DNA from: an uncultured delta proteobacterium
Lineage (GTDB): Bacteria > Desulfobacterota > Binatia > Binatales > Binataceae
Length of the DNA stretch: 64,000 nucleotides
NCBI GenBank assembly: GCA_963765675.1
Contig: CAVXXK010000004.1
Coordinates: 96,001 to 160,000, forward strand
Reading direction: 5' to 3'
Shown here: positions 38,243 through 48,347 of the stretch, piece by piece
Position numbering within the stretch: the stretch's first letter is position 1
How the letters are laid out: each line of letters opens with the position of its first letter
Notes under the pieces: generated by a model
Seen by the model: the letters and a program-made list of their open reading frames with translations, nothing else
The model's database searches: none
Told to the model about the DNA's origin: nothing
Made by a program: the position numbers and the translations under genes

Positions 38243-41128
38243 TCACTTCCCGATTCCCGACAGTTCGACCGATCGGGGCGAACCTTCGGCGTTGTCGGAA
38301 ATCGCGATCGAGGCCTCGACGCGGCCCGCCGACTGTGGCGCGAAGGTCACGTCGATCGAGCAATTCGCTCCGGCAGCGAGCACTCGGGGGCACTGATTTG
38401 CGACCGTGAAAGGAGCCGGCGCCGGGTCAACGCTTTCGATTATCACCGCGACTGAGTGCTTCGACTTTTTGTTGATCACCTTCACTTGTCTGACGCGTGC
38501 AACGCCGAGCTTGACCTTCCCAAAATTCACGCGCAGCGGTTTGATCGTGATTCGCTCCGCGACGGCCGTCGGCGTCGCGGTCGGTGTCGTGGTGGCGGTG
38601 TCCGTCGGGGAGGCGGTCGCGGTCGGCGTCGGCGATACGGTCGCAGTCGCGATGGGAGTGGCGGATAGGGTCGCCGACGGGGTCGGCGTGAATGTCGGCG
38701 TCGCGGTCACGGTCGGCGTCGGCGAGGACGGTGGGTCCGGATACATCAGGACCCGATTATTCCCGCTGTCGGCGACGTAGAGATTGTCGGCGCTGTCGAG
38801 GGCGAGCGCGCCCGGCGCCCAGAGGCTATCGGGACCCAGGCCGTCGAGATCATCCGGCGCGGCGCCCTGGTTGGAGCCAATCGCGCTCATCGAGCTCTGT
38901 CCGAACACCGCGATCGCGGCGGGCGCGGCAGGATATGGCGGAGCAAACTCGAGCACGCGGCTGTTGCCGGAATCGACGATATACAGATTGCCACGAGGGT
39001 CGAGCGCGACCGCCGCAGGCGCGTCCAACGTCGAGGCCGACGCACCTCCGGCATTTGCGATACTCGAGGTAAAACTGCCGTTTTGCCCAAACACGACGCT
39101 CGCTTGAGGCGCGGCCGAAAAAGGCGCCGTGAACTCGAGCGCGCGATTGTTTTCCATGTCGGCGATAAACAGATCGCCCGCGATGTCGGCCGCGACCGCG
39201 CCGGGAGCGCATAGCGTGAGCGCCGTGCTCAAGCCTCCGCCGTTGCATTGATTAGTGGTGAAATTGCCGCTCTGTCCGAACACGCGTATCGCAGCAGGCG
39301 CCGCGACGAATGGCGGTGGGAATTCGAGCACGCGCGAGTTACCGCTATCCGAGATAAACAAGTCGCCAGCGCGATCGAACGCGACCGCGGAGGGACCGAG
39401 CAGCGACGACGCGCTCACCGACCCGGGAGGAGTGCACGCGCTCGCCTCGAAGCTGCCGCAGGTGCCGAAGACCCTGATTGCTGGAGCCGAATCGACGCAC
39501 GGATAAGGACCGCAGGCCGCCGCCGGCGCCGCGAACTCGAGCACGCGGTTGTTGCCTGAATCCGCGACGAACAGGTTGCCGCTCGAGTCGGTCGCCGCGC
39601 CCTCCGGTGCGGAAAGGGTCGTATCACTTTCCGCCACGCCTGCGTTGGGCCTCGACGAAATGAAATCGCTCTGCCCAATCACGATATCGGCCGTACCGCT
39701 GGCAGGGGCCGACGGACCGATCCATCCCAGTACGCGATTATTCTTCGTGTCGGCGAGGTAGACCGCGGTCTGCGCGCCCGCGACTGCGATCGCGACGCCG
39801 CCGGGAGCGTCGAGTCCGGCGCCGTCGACACGATTTATCGCGCCGTGCGCAAAATCCGGTTGCCCGAGCTCGCCGCTCGCCGACGCGGTCGGGAACGAGC
39901 TTCCCTCGTTGAACTCGAGCACACGATTATTGCCGGTATCAGCCGCATAGAGATTGCCGGCGCCGTCGATCGCAAGGCCGCCCGGGCCGGACAGGCTCGT
40001 GGAACTCGGATTTTCTTCGCTCAGTCCGATGGTGAGGTTCGCCGTCGTGTTCGATAAGGTAACCGCCTTTTCGTAGATCAGGATCTCGTCACCTTGATTC
40101 CATCCGATATATAGATTCCCTGCGCCATCGACGGCGATCCCGGACGGTTCGCTCACGACCTCGGTGCCCGCGAAAACCAGATTTGCCGCGGTCGAGTTGC
40201 GCCCCTTCGCGCCGAAGGGTCCGGTGTATTCGAGCGCGCGGTCGTTTCCGGTGTCGGCGACGAACAGATCTCCGGTACCATCGAGCGCAAGCCCGACGCT
40301 GCCGAAGGGCGCGCCTCCGATGTCGAAGCATAGCGTGGACGCGGTCGCGCTCGAGCCCTGGTTGCAGGCCGCTCCGCTCGCGACGCTCTGCCCGAAAATA
40401 AGACTCGCCGCCGTGCTGATGGGTTGCGTTACGCGACCGCCCGAAAATGGCGTGAAGTAAACTGTCACGCGATTATCACCCGCATCGACGACGAACAGAT
40501 TGCCGGCGCTATCGAGCGCGAGACCCTCGGGCCGGCACAGCGTCGCCGCCGAGACCTGACCACTCGCGCATCCAGCGCTGGATTGAAAATTTCCGCCTTG
40601 ACCGAACACGGCTGCGGCCACTGCGCCGGCGATTGGAGTACCATTGAATCCCGCGAGCGGGGCGCCGAACACCGTCACCCGATTATTCCCGCTGTCGGCG
40701 ACGTAGAGATTGCCCGAGCGATCCACGCCAACTCCTGCAGGAGCCGAGAGCGTGCCCGCGCCCGGCGCACCGCCCTGATTTGGCGCCGACGACAGGAAGT
40801 CAGGTTGCCCGATCACGATATCCGCCGCCGCTCCGCTGACGAATCCGCCCGCATCGTCCCATCCGAGCACGCGGTTGTTCGCGGTATCAGCGACCCAGAC
40901 GTGATTGGGCGAGGCGGAGGTATCGATCGCGACCGCGCTCGGCGCCGCCATCCCGGTGCCATCGACAAAGTTGGGTGCGTTTTTGTAGAAATCAGCCTGG
41001 CCGAAAACCAGGCTCGCGACCTGCTGATCGCCGGCAATCGCGACAAGCGCGGCCATCGCGCCCGCAGCGATCACCGCCGCGAAGGCATAGCAGGATCTGC
41101 GCCGGACGATAGTCCGCGCACTTGCCAT
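38243..41128 (-). CDS. Secreted NHL-repeat protein with Pro/Thr linker and C-terminal Ig-like domain
   Basis: Many GNLYVADSGNNRV repeats; PTPTAT linker; C-terminal CSIDVTFAP..ISDNA. Confidence 0.85.
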   Translation of the reverse strand: MASARTIVRRRSCYAFAAVIAAGAMAALVAIAGDQQVASLVFGQADFYKNAPNFVDGTGMAAPSAVAIDTSASPNHVWVADTANNRVLGWDDAGGFVSGAAADIVIGQPDFLSSAPNQGGAPGAGTLSAPAGVGVDRSGNLYVADSGNNRVTVFGAPLAGFNGTPIAGAVAAAVFGQGGNFQSSAGCASGQVSAATLCRPEGLALDSAGNLFVVDAGDNRVTVYFTPFSGGRVTQPISTAASLIFGQSVASGAACNQGSSATASTLCFDIGGAPFGSVGLALDGTGDLFVADTGNDRALEYTGPFGAKGRNSTAANLVFAGTEVVSEPSGIAVDGAGNLYIGWNQGDEILIYEKAVTLSNTTANLTIGLSEENPSSTSLSGPGGLAIDGAGNLYAADTGNNRVLEFNEGSSFPTASASGELGQPDFAHGAINRVDGAGLDAPGGVAIAVAGAQTAVYLADTKNNRVLGWIGPSAPASGTADIVIGQSDFISSRPNAGVAESDTTLSAPEGAATDSSGNLFVADSGNNRVLEFAAPAAACGPYPCVDSAPAIRVFGTCGSFEASACTPPGSVSASSLLGPSAVAFDRAGDLFISDSGNSRVLEFPPPFVAAPAAIRVFGQSGNFTTNQCNGGGLSTALTLCAPGAVAADIAGDLFIADMENNRALEFTAPFSAAPQASVVFGQNGSFTSSIANAGGASASTLDAPAAVALDPRGNLYIVDSGNSRVLEFAPPYPAAPAAIAVFGQSSMSAIGSNQGAAPDDLDGLGPDSLWAPGALALDSADNLYVADSGNNRVLMYPDPPSSPTPTVTATPTFTPTPSATLSATPIATATVSPTPTATASPTDTATTTPTATPTAVAERITIKPLRVNFGKVKLGVARVRQVKVINKKSKHSVAVIIESVDPAPAPFTVANQCPRVLAAGANCSIDVTFAPQSAGRVEASIAISDNAEGSPRSVELSGIGK

Positions 41129-41405
41129 CGCGCCCCCCTTTTTTGATCTCGCGCCTGACCGCTAGCTGGCCAACCAGCGCGACATCGCCCGTATAAGCGC
41201 ATTATGAACAAAATTCTGGTGAATTAGAATAGGAGCGTGTGCCGATCCCCCGGCCCGCGCTGGATCACGACAGACCATGCTCCCGCTTGATTTGTCTCCC
41301 AGATTACGTAATCTGCCGTCTCTCTTTTGTGGCTTTAACGACTTGGCGGCGCGATGCTACAGTGCGCCTAACTATTGATTCGGCGCTCGAAAGGAGACCG
41401 CAAAC

Positions 41406-42068
41406 ATGAGCATCAAGGAGCGACTTGGCATCTTCGCGACGGTAACCGCCGCCGCGATGATCGGTGGTGCTGTCGGTGGATATCTGATGAACGCGGCGAC
41501 GCTTGACGCCGCCGGCACGCCGAAATCGATGACGGCGCGCAAATTCGTCCTGGTCGACGACGCCGGCCGCACCCGCGGCGAACTCGGCGTCAACCCGCAA
41601 GGCGTCGCGCAGCTCGCGCTCTTCGACGACCAGCATCACATCCGCGCCGGCATCGGCGTCGCACACAACGGCGCACCCGGCCTTGCGATCTACAGCCCGA
41701 CCGGCCAGACCCGGATCGAGCTGGCTCTGTCGAACCATACCTCGCGGCTGCGCTTCTTCAATCCCGACGGCCGAACGGTTGCGGGCTTTGGCGCGACCTC
41801 GGCCGGCCAGCCCGGATTGGTGCTCGAGGATAATCAGGGCCGCACCCGCGCCTCGATCGAGGTCGCGTCCGATGGCTCGCCGACGCTGAGGCTCGGTGAC
41901 GCCAATGGCTCGCGCATCGGACTCGACGTGACTCCGGACGGACTGCCGGGGCTCGCGCTGCTCGGCACCAACGGCGTCACGCGCGCGACGCTGACGCTCA
42001 ACGCCGACGGAGCTGGCGCCCTGACCGTGTTCGATTCGTCGGGCAAAGCGGTAGGCGGCGGCGAATAA
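41406..42068 (+). CDS. Membrane-anchored beta-repeat protein
   Basis: AAGGAG RBS; N-terminal TM; about eight 22-23-aa LxLxDxxGxxR repeats. Confidence 0.7.
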   Translation: MSIKERLGIFATVTAAAMIGGAVGGYLMNAATLDAAGTPKSMTARKFVLVDDAGRTRGELGVNPQGVAQLALFDDQHHIRAGIGVAHNGAPGLAIYSPTGQTRIELALSNHTSRLRFFNPDGRTVAGFGATSAGQPGLVLEDNQGRTRASIEVASDGSPTLRLGDANGSRIGLDVTPDGLPGLALLGTNGVTRATLTLNADGAGALTVFDSSGKAVGGGE

Positions 42069-42142
42069 GTCGGCGGACGGAAATAAACAACGCAGATGGT
42101 TGGGCGGCGTTTGCGGTTCTGAAAGCGACCGCTCTTCAGATG

Positions 42143-42218
42143 CCCTCTCCCTCCGGGAGAGGGAAAGCGGCGCGATGCTTGCGTTTCTTTCGCAAGCATC
42201 GTGACGCGCGGATGAGGG
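42143..42218 (+). repeat. REP-like repeat, family A (long form)
   Basis: Same architecture as the 6403 copy. Confidence 0.85.
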
Positions 42219-42284
42219 CGCGCAGGATGCACAAATCACGACTGAGTAATGCTGCTCCGAGACTGACTAATGCGGAACTAACTA

Positions 42285-42767
42285 ATGAATGACGCCCCAC
42301 TCCATCGCCGTGCCGCCCGCTCCGCAGCCGTCTTCGCGCTTGCGCTGGCGCTCGGCGGATGCGCCGCGCTCTCGCAATCCGACAAGCCAACACCCCAGCA
42401 GCGTTCGCAACAGCTCGAGCCGATGCTGGCCGCCGCGGGCTTTGCGATGCTGCCCGCCGATACGCCGCAGCGCCAGGAGCAGCTCTCCACGCTGCCACCG
42501 CTGACCGTGTCCTACTACGTCGGCCGCAAGGGTAAGCTGCACTACTGGATGGCGGATCCGCAGTATTGCAAATGCCTCTACCTCGGCACCGAAGAGAACT
42601 ACCAGAAATACGAGCAGATGCGCCTGCAGCAGAAATGGCAGCGCAAGGAAAACGAGGACGCGCGCGAAAACCTCGAGGCCAGCCAGGAAGAACAGATGGA
42701 ATTGCAGACCGAGATGTTCAATCCTTACGGCGGAATGGGATGGATCGGTCCCGGAATGTACTATTGA
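42285..42767 (+). CDS. Hypothetical lipoprotein
   Basis: LGGC lipobox; LAAAGF..ADPQYCKCLYLG. Confidence 0.7.
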   Translation: MNDAPLHRRAARSAAVFALALALGGCAALSQSDKPTPQQRSQQLEPMLAAAGFAMLPADTPQRQEQLSTLPPLTVSYYVGRKGKLHYWMADPQYCKCLYLGTEENYQKYEQMRLQQKWQRKENEDARENLEASQEEQMELQTEMFNPYGGMGWIGPGMYY

Positions 42768-42791
42768 TCGGGCGGGCGATTTATATCCGCG

Positions 42792-43592
42792 ATGCGCTTC
42801 GACAGATTCATCCAGCGATGCCACTCCGAATGGCCGGAGTTCGGCGATCCTCGCCTCCTCGAGAAGTCGCGCAATCCCGCCACGCGCGACCTTTCCGAGG
42901 TCCTGTCGCGCGTGCCCGGGATGGCGACCGAGAACAAGCTCAAGCTGCTCAATCTCGCCGTCGCCTCGCTCGGCGACAGCGAGGTGTATGTCGAGGTCGG
43001 ATGCTACAAAGGCGCGAGCCTGGTCGGCGCGGCGACCGGAAATCCCGACGCGCGGATATACGCGTGCGATAACTTCTCCCAGTTCGACGGCGCCGCCGAA
43101 GCGCTCGAAGGAGTGCTGGCGCAATTCACGCAGCCGGGCCAGGTCGAGTTCCGCGATCTCGATTTCCGCAAGTTCATGACCGAAGCGCCGTGGCGGCCGG
43201 CGAAAATCGGCGCCTATTTCTACGACGGCGGCCATTCCTTCGAGGATCAGTACGACGGACTTCGCCTCGCAATACCGCATCTGGCCGATGACGCAATAGT
43301 CATTATCGACGATACCAACAAACGCGCCGCCCGTTCCGCCGACGCACTAATCGCGCGCCAGGTGCCCGGCTTCGAATTGATACTCAATCTGCGCACGCCG
43401 GGAAATCATCATCCAACCTGGTGGAACGGCATCCAGGTCTATCGTTACCGCGCCCAGGGCCCAGTTGATTCGGCAGCGCTCGCCGGAGCGTCCTTTTCCG
43501 CGCGCAAACTGATCTACGACGACCTGTTTCTGAATTTGAAACATCGTCGCCGCGCCTTGCGTACGAAGCTCAAGCAATCATTCAAGCCGTGA
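42792..43592 (+). CDS. Class I SAM-dependent methyltransferase (Methyltransf_24-like)
   Basis: YVEVGCYKGAS, YDGGHSFE and IIDD motifs. Confidence 0.8.
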   Translation: MRFDRFIQRCHSEWPEFGDPRLLEKSRNPATRDLSEVLSRVPGMATENKLKLLNLAVASLGDSEVYVEVGCYKGASLVGAATGNPDARIYACDNFSQFDGAAEALEGVLAQFTQPGQVEFRDLDFRKFMTEAPWRPAKIGAYFYDGGHSFEDQYDGLRLAIPHLADDAIVIIDDTNKRAARSADALIARQVPGFELILNLRTPGNHHPTWWNGIQVYRYRAQGPVDSAALAGASFSARKLIYDDLFLNLKHRRRALRTKLKQSFKP

Positions 43593-43634
43593 TCCCGGCC
43601 GTTACTCACCAACCCGCCCGGACCGAGGCACATC

Positions 43635-45018
43635 TTAATTCGAGCTCCGCTCTCCCGAACGCGCGGGACTGAGTATTGCGTCGCCGGCTGCCGCCTCAGG
43701 CAGACCCAGCTTGTCGAGCACCGCTTTTTGCGAGACGCGCAGACCGCGATCCGCCATCGCCCCGACGATATCGGCGAACTCCTTGGCGTCCTGATCGTCC
43801 GGCAGTCCCAGCACCAGCTTTGGGTATTGGCGCATCGGACCGAGATTCAGATCGACGATCGGCCGTACCAGGTCGCGACCGAGCGTCTCGCCCAGCCGGC
43901 GCGCATCCGCCACCAAAATATCGCGCCGCACCGCGTCGTGAACCTCGGCCGCCGCGCGCGATCCGCCCGACGACGACATCTCAGTCGTCAGCGTCTGGCC
44001 AAGCACCGCCTTCGAGACCTGCGCGTCCAGGTACTCGCAGAACGAGCGGTAGAGCTCCGAGCTTCCGCCCTGCCGCGCTTCGGTGAATTCGATCATCATC
44101 GACTCGGGGATTATCGCAGCCGCGTCGGTGCCGATATTCGCGACCGCCCGCAAGAGCGTCTGCTTGTCGATCTCAGTCGCGCCCGGATGATACTTGCCGA
44201 CTCGCAGCGGCTGCCCGAAGACTTCCGTGAACGTCACCCAGTCTTTCAGTATGTAGTTCTTGAACAGGTACGACCATCCCGCCGCGCGCGCGAGTCCGCC
44301 GCGAATCGGCAGACCGGCCTTCGCCTTCGAGAAGTGAGTAATGAACTTGAACGGAGCCAGCGGCGCCGTCATCGGCTGGATTCCGTCGCGCAGACTACCC
44401 GCCAGTCCGCCACCTGCGAAGTGCGGTGTCTTTCCGCCGTCGCTCGATGTCGTTGTCGCCGACGCACTGGTCATGGTCTGCTCTTTCAGCGTGCGGACCA
44501 GCAGCTCGTTGCCGGAAATCCAGTCGAACATGAACCAGCGCGGGTCGCGCCACTTGAGTTCGCGCGGAAACCATTCGCGTCCAGAGCGATCCCAGATTAT
44601 TTCGGTCGCTGAGAAACCTTTCCCGATCGCGTCGAGGATATCCACCAGCGCCGAATCGATCGACAGCGCTCCTCCGAGCAGGAGCTCGCGAATCATCGCG
44701 GCCGCGCGCTGATCCTCGGCCGAAGACGACGCTGCGCGCACGATCAGCTCGAGGCCAGCGACCGCCTGCTTGCGCGTGCCGAGCACCGCCAGGTAGTGCA
44801 GGTCCTTTTCTTCCATCTCCTCGGCGAGTTCGAGATAGAGAAACGGATCACCGAACTCCGCCTCGCGCAGAATTGACGCGAGCCGCTCCGGGCGTGAGCC
44901 CGACCGACGGATGCATCACGGAGAAGATATTGCGGATTCCCGCCATCGTCGGCGCCGCCTGTTCCGAGCGCAGGCTCTCGGTCTCGACCTCGCGCCCATA
45001 CGCGTCGTAAAGCTTCAT
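43635..45018 (-). CDS. Mu gp29-like portal (DUF935), +1 frameshift near 44891
   Basis: GLTP[ERLASILREAE]..EEMEEKDLHY, FGQPLRVGKY and SKAVLGQTLT; N-terminus MKLYDAYG is in the adjacent frame. Confidence 0.88.
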
Positions 45019-45231
45019 GAGGCCGCCTCCTGATGTTTGCGGTCGGATTCACCTACTTTGCGGAACCATCCAGCGCCGCAAAGATGGCACGGCTCGGGCA
45101 GCCGCATAGTGGTAAGCAAAAACTGATACCCACAAGCTTCGCACCGCCATTCCCAATAAATACTCATTCAACCCTCAGTCGATTATATTAATTAACTAAT
45201 CACTCAAATTAGCTAATAGCTTCTGCCGATA

Positions 45232-45309
45232 CCCTCTCCCTCCGGGAGAGGGCAAGCGGCGCGATGCTTGCGATTCTTTTTCGCAAGCATCGTGACGCGC
45301 GGGTGAGGG
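45232..45309 (+). repeat. REP-like repeat, family A, between terminase and portal
   Basis: Near-identical to the 42143 copy. Confidence 0.85.
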
Positions 45310-45334
45310 CGTGGGCGCTGCTCTGCAATCTCCT

Positions 45335-46801
45335 TCACCAAGCCCCCTCCCCAAACCGAACCGGCGCAGCCCCGCGCACCGGCGTATAGGCAATCTCCGC
45401 CACCTCCATTCGCGAGGCCGCGAACGCGAGCGCCGCCGCGACCGCGGAGTCTCCATGCCGCGGCATCCCGTCCGAGCCGCGAGCGCGCGCGTCGCCGACC
45501 TTCGCGATTCCCTGCTCGACCACGATCGCGCGATGGTCGGCCAGAATATCGGCGTCGCGCGGCAGCTCGATCGCGCCGTCCTCGAACGCCGCCTTGTAGC
45601 GCGGCATATTCTCGCGGTACCACTCGGCCGAGAGCATCACCTGCGCGATCCGCGCTCCGTAGCGCTGCGCCGCGGTCTCGGCGAGGTACTGGCCGTTACC
45701 CCGCGCGTCCATCGCGCCGGCGATAAACCTCGGCAGACGGTCTGCCAGGTAGAATAGAATCTGTTCCTGCTGCCGAAACGGAAGATTGCGCAGCTCCACC
45801 ACCATCGCGGTTCGGCGAGTAAGGTCCGGCGCAATCTGCATCACCCAGATTACAGTCAGATCGCCCGAGCGTCCGAAATCCTCGCCGAAGCAAGTTGCCG
45901 ACGCGCTGTCGAGCGCTCCCAGAGCCGACGCGAGACGATCTTCGCACCACGCCTCGGTCTCCGAGCACCGAACCTCCTCCGGCTTGAACGCAAAATCGTC
46001 GGCGACCGACCATCGGAGCACCGGAATTCCCTCGCGCATCCGCGATTCGATCGCAAGCGCACTCAGGAACGTTCCCGCCGACGCGCGCGGGATGCACATC
46101 AGCTCCTCGCCGGCATTGTCGGCGTAGAGCTCGAAGATCTCGCGCCGCCAGTCCGCCTCGCCCTCGGGCGACCATTCGCGCCCCAGCGTCTCGCAGATCT
46201 TTCGGTACAGTCCCTGCGCGAGCGCGTCGTCGAGGGTCACGCGATGGATCGAATACGGCAGGCGTCCGGCGCGGACGTCGCACACGAGCTGATTGAACGC
46301 GTTGGCGGCGCCGTTGTGGGTCGAGATGATCCGCACCAGCCCACCCCACATCGTAAACGCGAGCGCGGCTTTCAAAAGGCCCGCCAGATCATCGTGAAAG
46401 GCGGCCTCGTCGATCACGGCGCAGCCCTGCTTGCCGCGCAGATTCGACGGACGCGACGACAGCGCGACGATCTTGTGCCCCGACGCGAAGCGAATCCGGT
46501 AGGCAAGGATGTCGCGCGCTTCGTCGGTGACGGCGATCTCCTCGATCGCGCGCGCCGCCTTGTCGAATCGCCGCGCCCACATCGCGGCCGTCTCGACGAA
46601 TTCGAGCGCCATGTCCTTGTTGTAGCCGATGTACCAGCCGTCCATCCCGCCGCGTCCCGCGACTGCGGCGCCGAGCGCGCGATCGGCGGCCTCGGTCCAG
46701 GTGAGCCCGATACGCCGCGACTTCTCGGCGACTTTCACCTGCGCGCGATCGGCAATCCATCGCCGCTGATAGGGCAGGAGAATCGACAATCCATCGTTCA
46801 T
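45335..46801 (-). CDS. Mu gp28-like terminase large subunit
   Basis: LLPYQRRW, EKSRRIGLTW, VIDEAAFH, ISTHNG, GEDFGRSGD, DARGNG and HGDSA motifs. Confidence 0.92.
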   Translation of the reverse strand: MNDGLSILLPYQRRWIADRAQVKVAEKSRRIGLTWTEAADRALGAAVAGRGGMDGWYIGYNKDMALEFVETAAMWARRFDKAARAIEEIAVTDEARDILAYRIRFASGHKIVALSSRPSNLRGKQGCAVIDEAAFHDDLAGLLKAALAFTMWGGLVRIISTHNGAANAFNQLVCDVRAGRLPYSIHRVTLDDALAQGLYRKICETLGREWSPEGEADWRREIFELYADNAGEELMCIPRASAGTFLSALAIESRMREGIPVLRWSVADDFAFKPEEVRCSETEAWCEDRLASALGALDSASATCFGEDFGRSGDLTVIWVMQIAPDLTRRTAMVVELRNLPFRQQEQILFYLADRLPRFIAGAMDARGNGQYLAETAAQRYGARIAQVMLSAEWYRENMPRYKAAFEDGAIELPRDADILADHRAIVVEQGIAKVGDARARGSDGMPRHGDSAVAAALAFAASRMEVAEIAYTPVRGAAPVRFGEGAW

Positions 46802-46812
46802 TTCAGTCTCCA

Positions 46813-47837
46813 TCAAAATTCCGTGCGCTCTCTGAACGCGCCCACTTGCCGCATCATCTCGTAGAGTCTCTCGGCGTGCTCTTCGAGCGCCTGCGCGACC
46901 GCGCGCGAGATCCCGCTCTCGCCGGGAGCAGTGGCTCCGGGAGGCAGATTGACCGTGATCGACGGCGACGAGTTGATCGTGATCGGCGCGGCCACGTTCG
47001 CGCTTCGGTTCCTGCCGGACGCACCAAAATCTCGCACTCGCTCGCGCGACGAATTTGCGAGGTCCGCGCGCAACGAGAATTCGTCAGCGGAAGGCGGTGC
47101 GCGCAAGCTTGCGAGCACGCGACGGATTCGCGCTGGCAGCATCGCGATCGCGCTGGCGGTTTCGCGGGTGCGCGTCGCGCCGCGATATCGCGCACCAGGC
47201 TCGATGGCTTCAGAAGCCATCGCAGGGTCTCAGATTGCCGGTCGGCCGCGATTGTACGGCGCGCGACGCCGCTCGCCGTCAGTACCGCGGCGAGATTGAG
47301 CGCTCGCGGCGCGGACGATATGTCGGGTTCGGAGATTGCGCTGCCGCCCGCTGCGCGGCCGCTCTGCTGCGAATCGGATTGCAGGTTCGCGCGCAACGTG
47401 AGTTGCCGCACGCGAGCGACCGCGATATTGCCTGCACGCACAGCGGCGAGCGCGCGCGTCATCGCCGCTCGCGGCGAGGGCGATCGGCGCTCCGGGCTTT
47501 CACCCTCTGAGCGAGTGCGATCACTTTGCCCTGCGACGATCGGTGCGTGCTGCGCGCGTCCGGCCGCGAGAACCGATGCCAGAGGCCGAGCGCTGCGCAG
47601 CATCGAGGTGACGCCGCGCTCTTGCGGACCTATCGCCTCAGCGGCTGAAGCGGCGCTTTGCGAGGACTTTGCGCGCGCGGGAACTTCGAGCGCATGCAGC
47701 ACTTCGGCAAGCGCATTCGTGCGTGCGCGAACAGATGCGCCCACGCGCGCGAAGGCCGCCAGGATATTCGCGGTCCGCGCGAACGACGCGATCCGTTCCT
47801 CGACGCTCGGGCGGTGCGGATTCAGACCTTCATTCAT
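46813..47837 (-). CDS. Ala/Arg-rich gene or gene pair with tape-measure-like C-terminus; frame change near 47230
   Basis: GAGGAG RBS at the 47837 ATG; C-terminus ITINSSPSITVN..QALEEHAERLYEMMRQ..RERTEF. Confidence 0.5.
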
Positions 47838-47870
47838 CGCAAGGCTCCTCGCGATACGCTCGCGGCCTCA

Positions 47871-48341
47871 TCAGAGCTTGATTTCGAGCAGCGCGCTGCG
47901 AATCTTCTCGGCCGCGTCCGGCGTGAGCCCGGATTCGCGCGCTTCCTCGACTCGCGCCGCCGCCGCGTCAACGCCGGCGTTCACGCGCGATCCGGCCTCG
48001 ACGCGCCATCGTTCCGTCTCGATCCCCTGCTTGCTCACCGCACAGATGGTTCTGGCGATCGCGTGGATATCAGGCGAATTTGTTCCTTTACGCTTCGCGT
48101 TGAGCATCTTCTGCATGATCGTGAACAGATGCGTTTGCACCATCCGAGCTAGTGCGCGCTCCATCGTTTCATCGTCGCCTGCGGTTTCCTCGGCGATCAC
48201 GCGCGCCTCTGCGATCGAGAGCCGCACTGCTTCGAGTTGTTCCGCGAAATCTTTTGAATCGTCGTGAGATTTCGCTTCGGCCCCTTTCTCTTTGCCGGCC
48301 CTTTTTTTCTCGTGATTCTCGTCCGTGCTGTTTTTAGCCAT
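47871..48341 (-). CDS. Mu gp27-like (DUF3486) small-terminase candidate, N-terminally reduced
   Basis: ARVIAE..DD..MVQTHLF and GLTPDAAEKIRSALL motifs; position upstream of large terminase. Confidence 0.72.
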   Translation of the reverse strand: MAKNSTDENHEKKRAGKEKGAEAKSHDDSKDFAEQLEAVRLSIAEARVIAEETAGDDETMERALARMVQTHLFTIMQKMLNAKRKGTNSPDIHAIARTICAVSKQGIETERWRVEAGSRVNAGVDAAAARVEEARESGLTPDAAEKIRSALLEIKL

Positions 48342-48347
48342 CGCCGA

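Noticed and set aside
38560-38730. Tandem GTCGGCGTCGC-like repeats
   Set aside because: They encode the Pro/Thr linker of the NHL protein; not a CRISPR array or independent repeat
41204-41219. ATGAACAAAATTCTGG resembling ATGAACAAATCTGG at about 36997
   Set aside because: Short and gapped match without the dyad motif; likely chance in AT-rich promoter DNA
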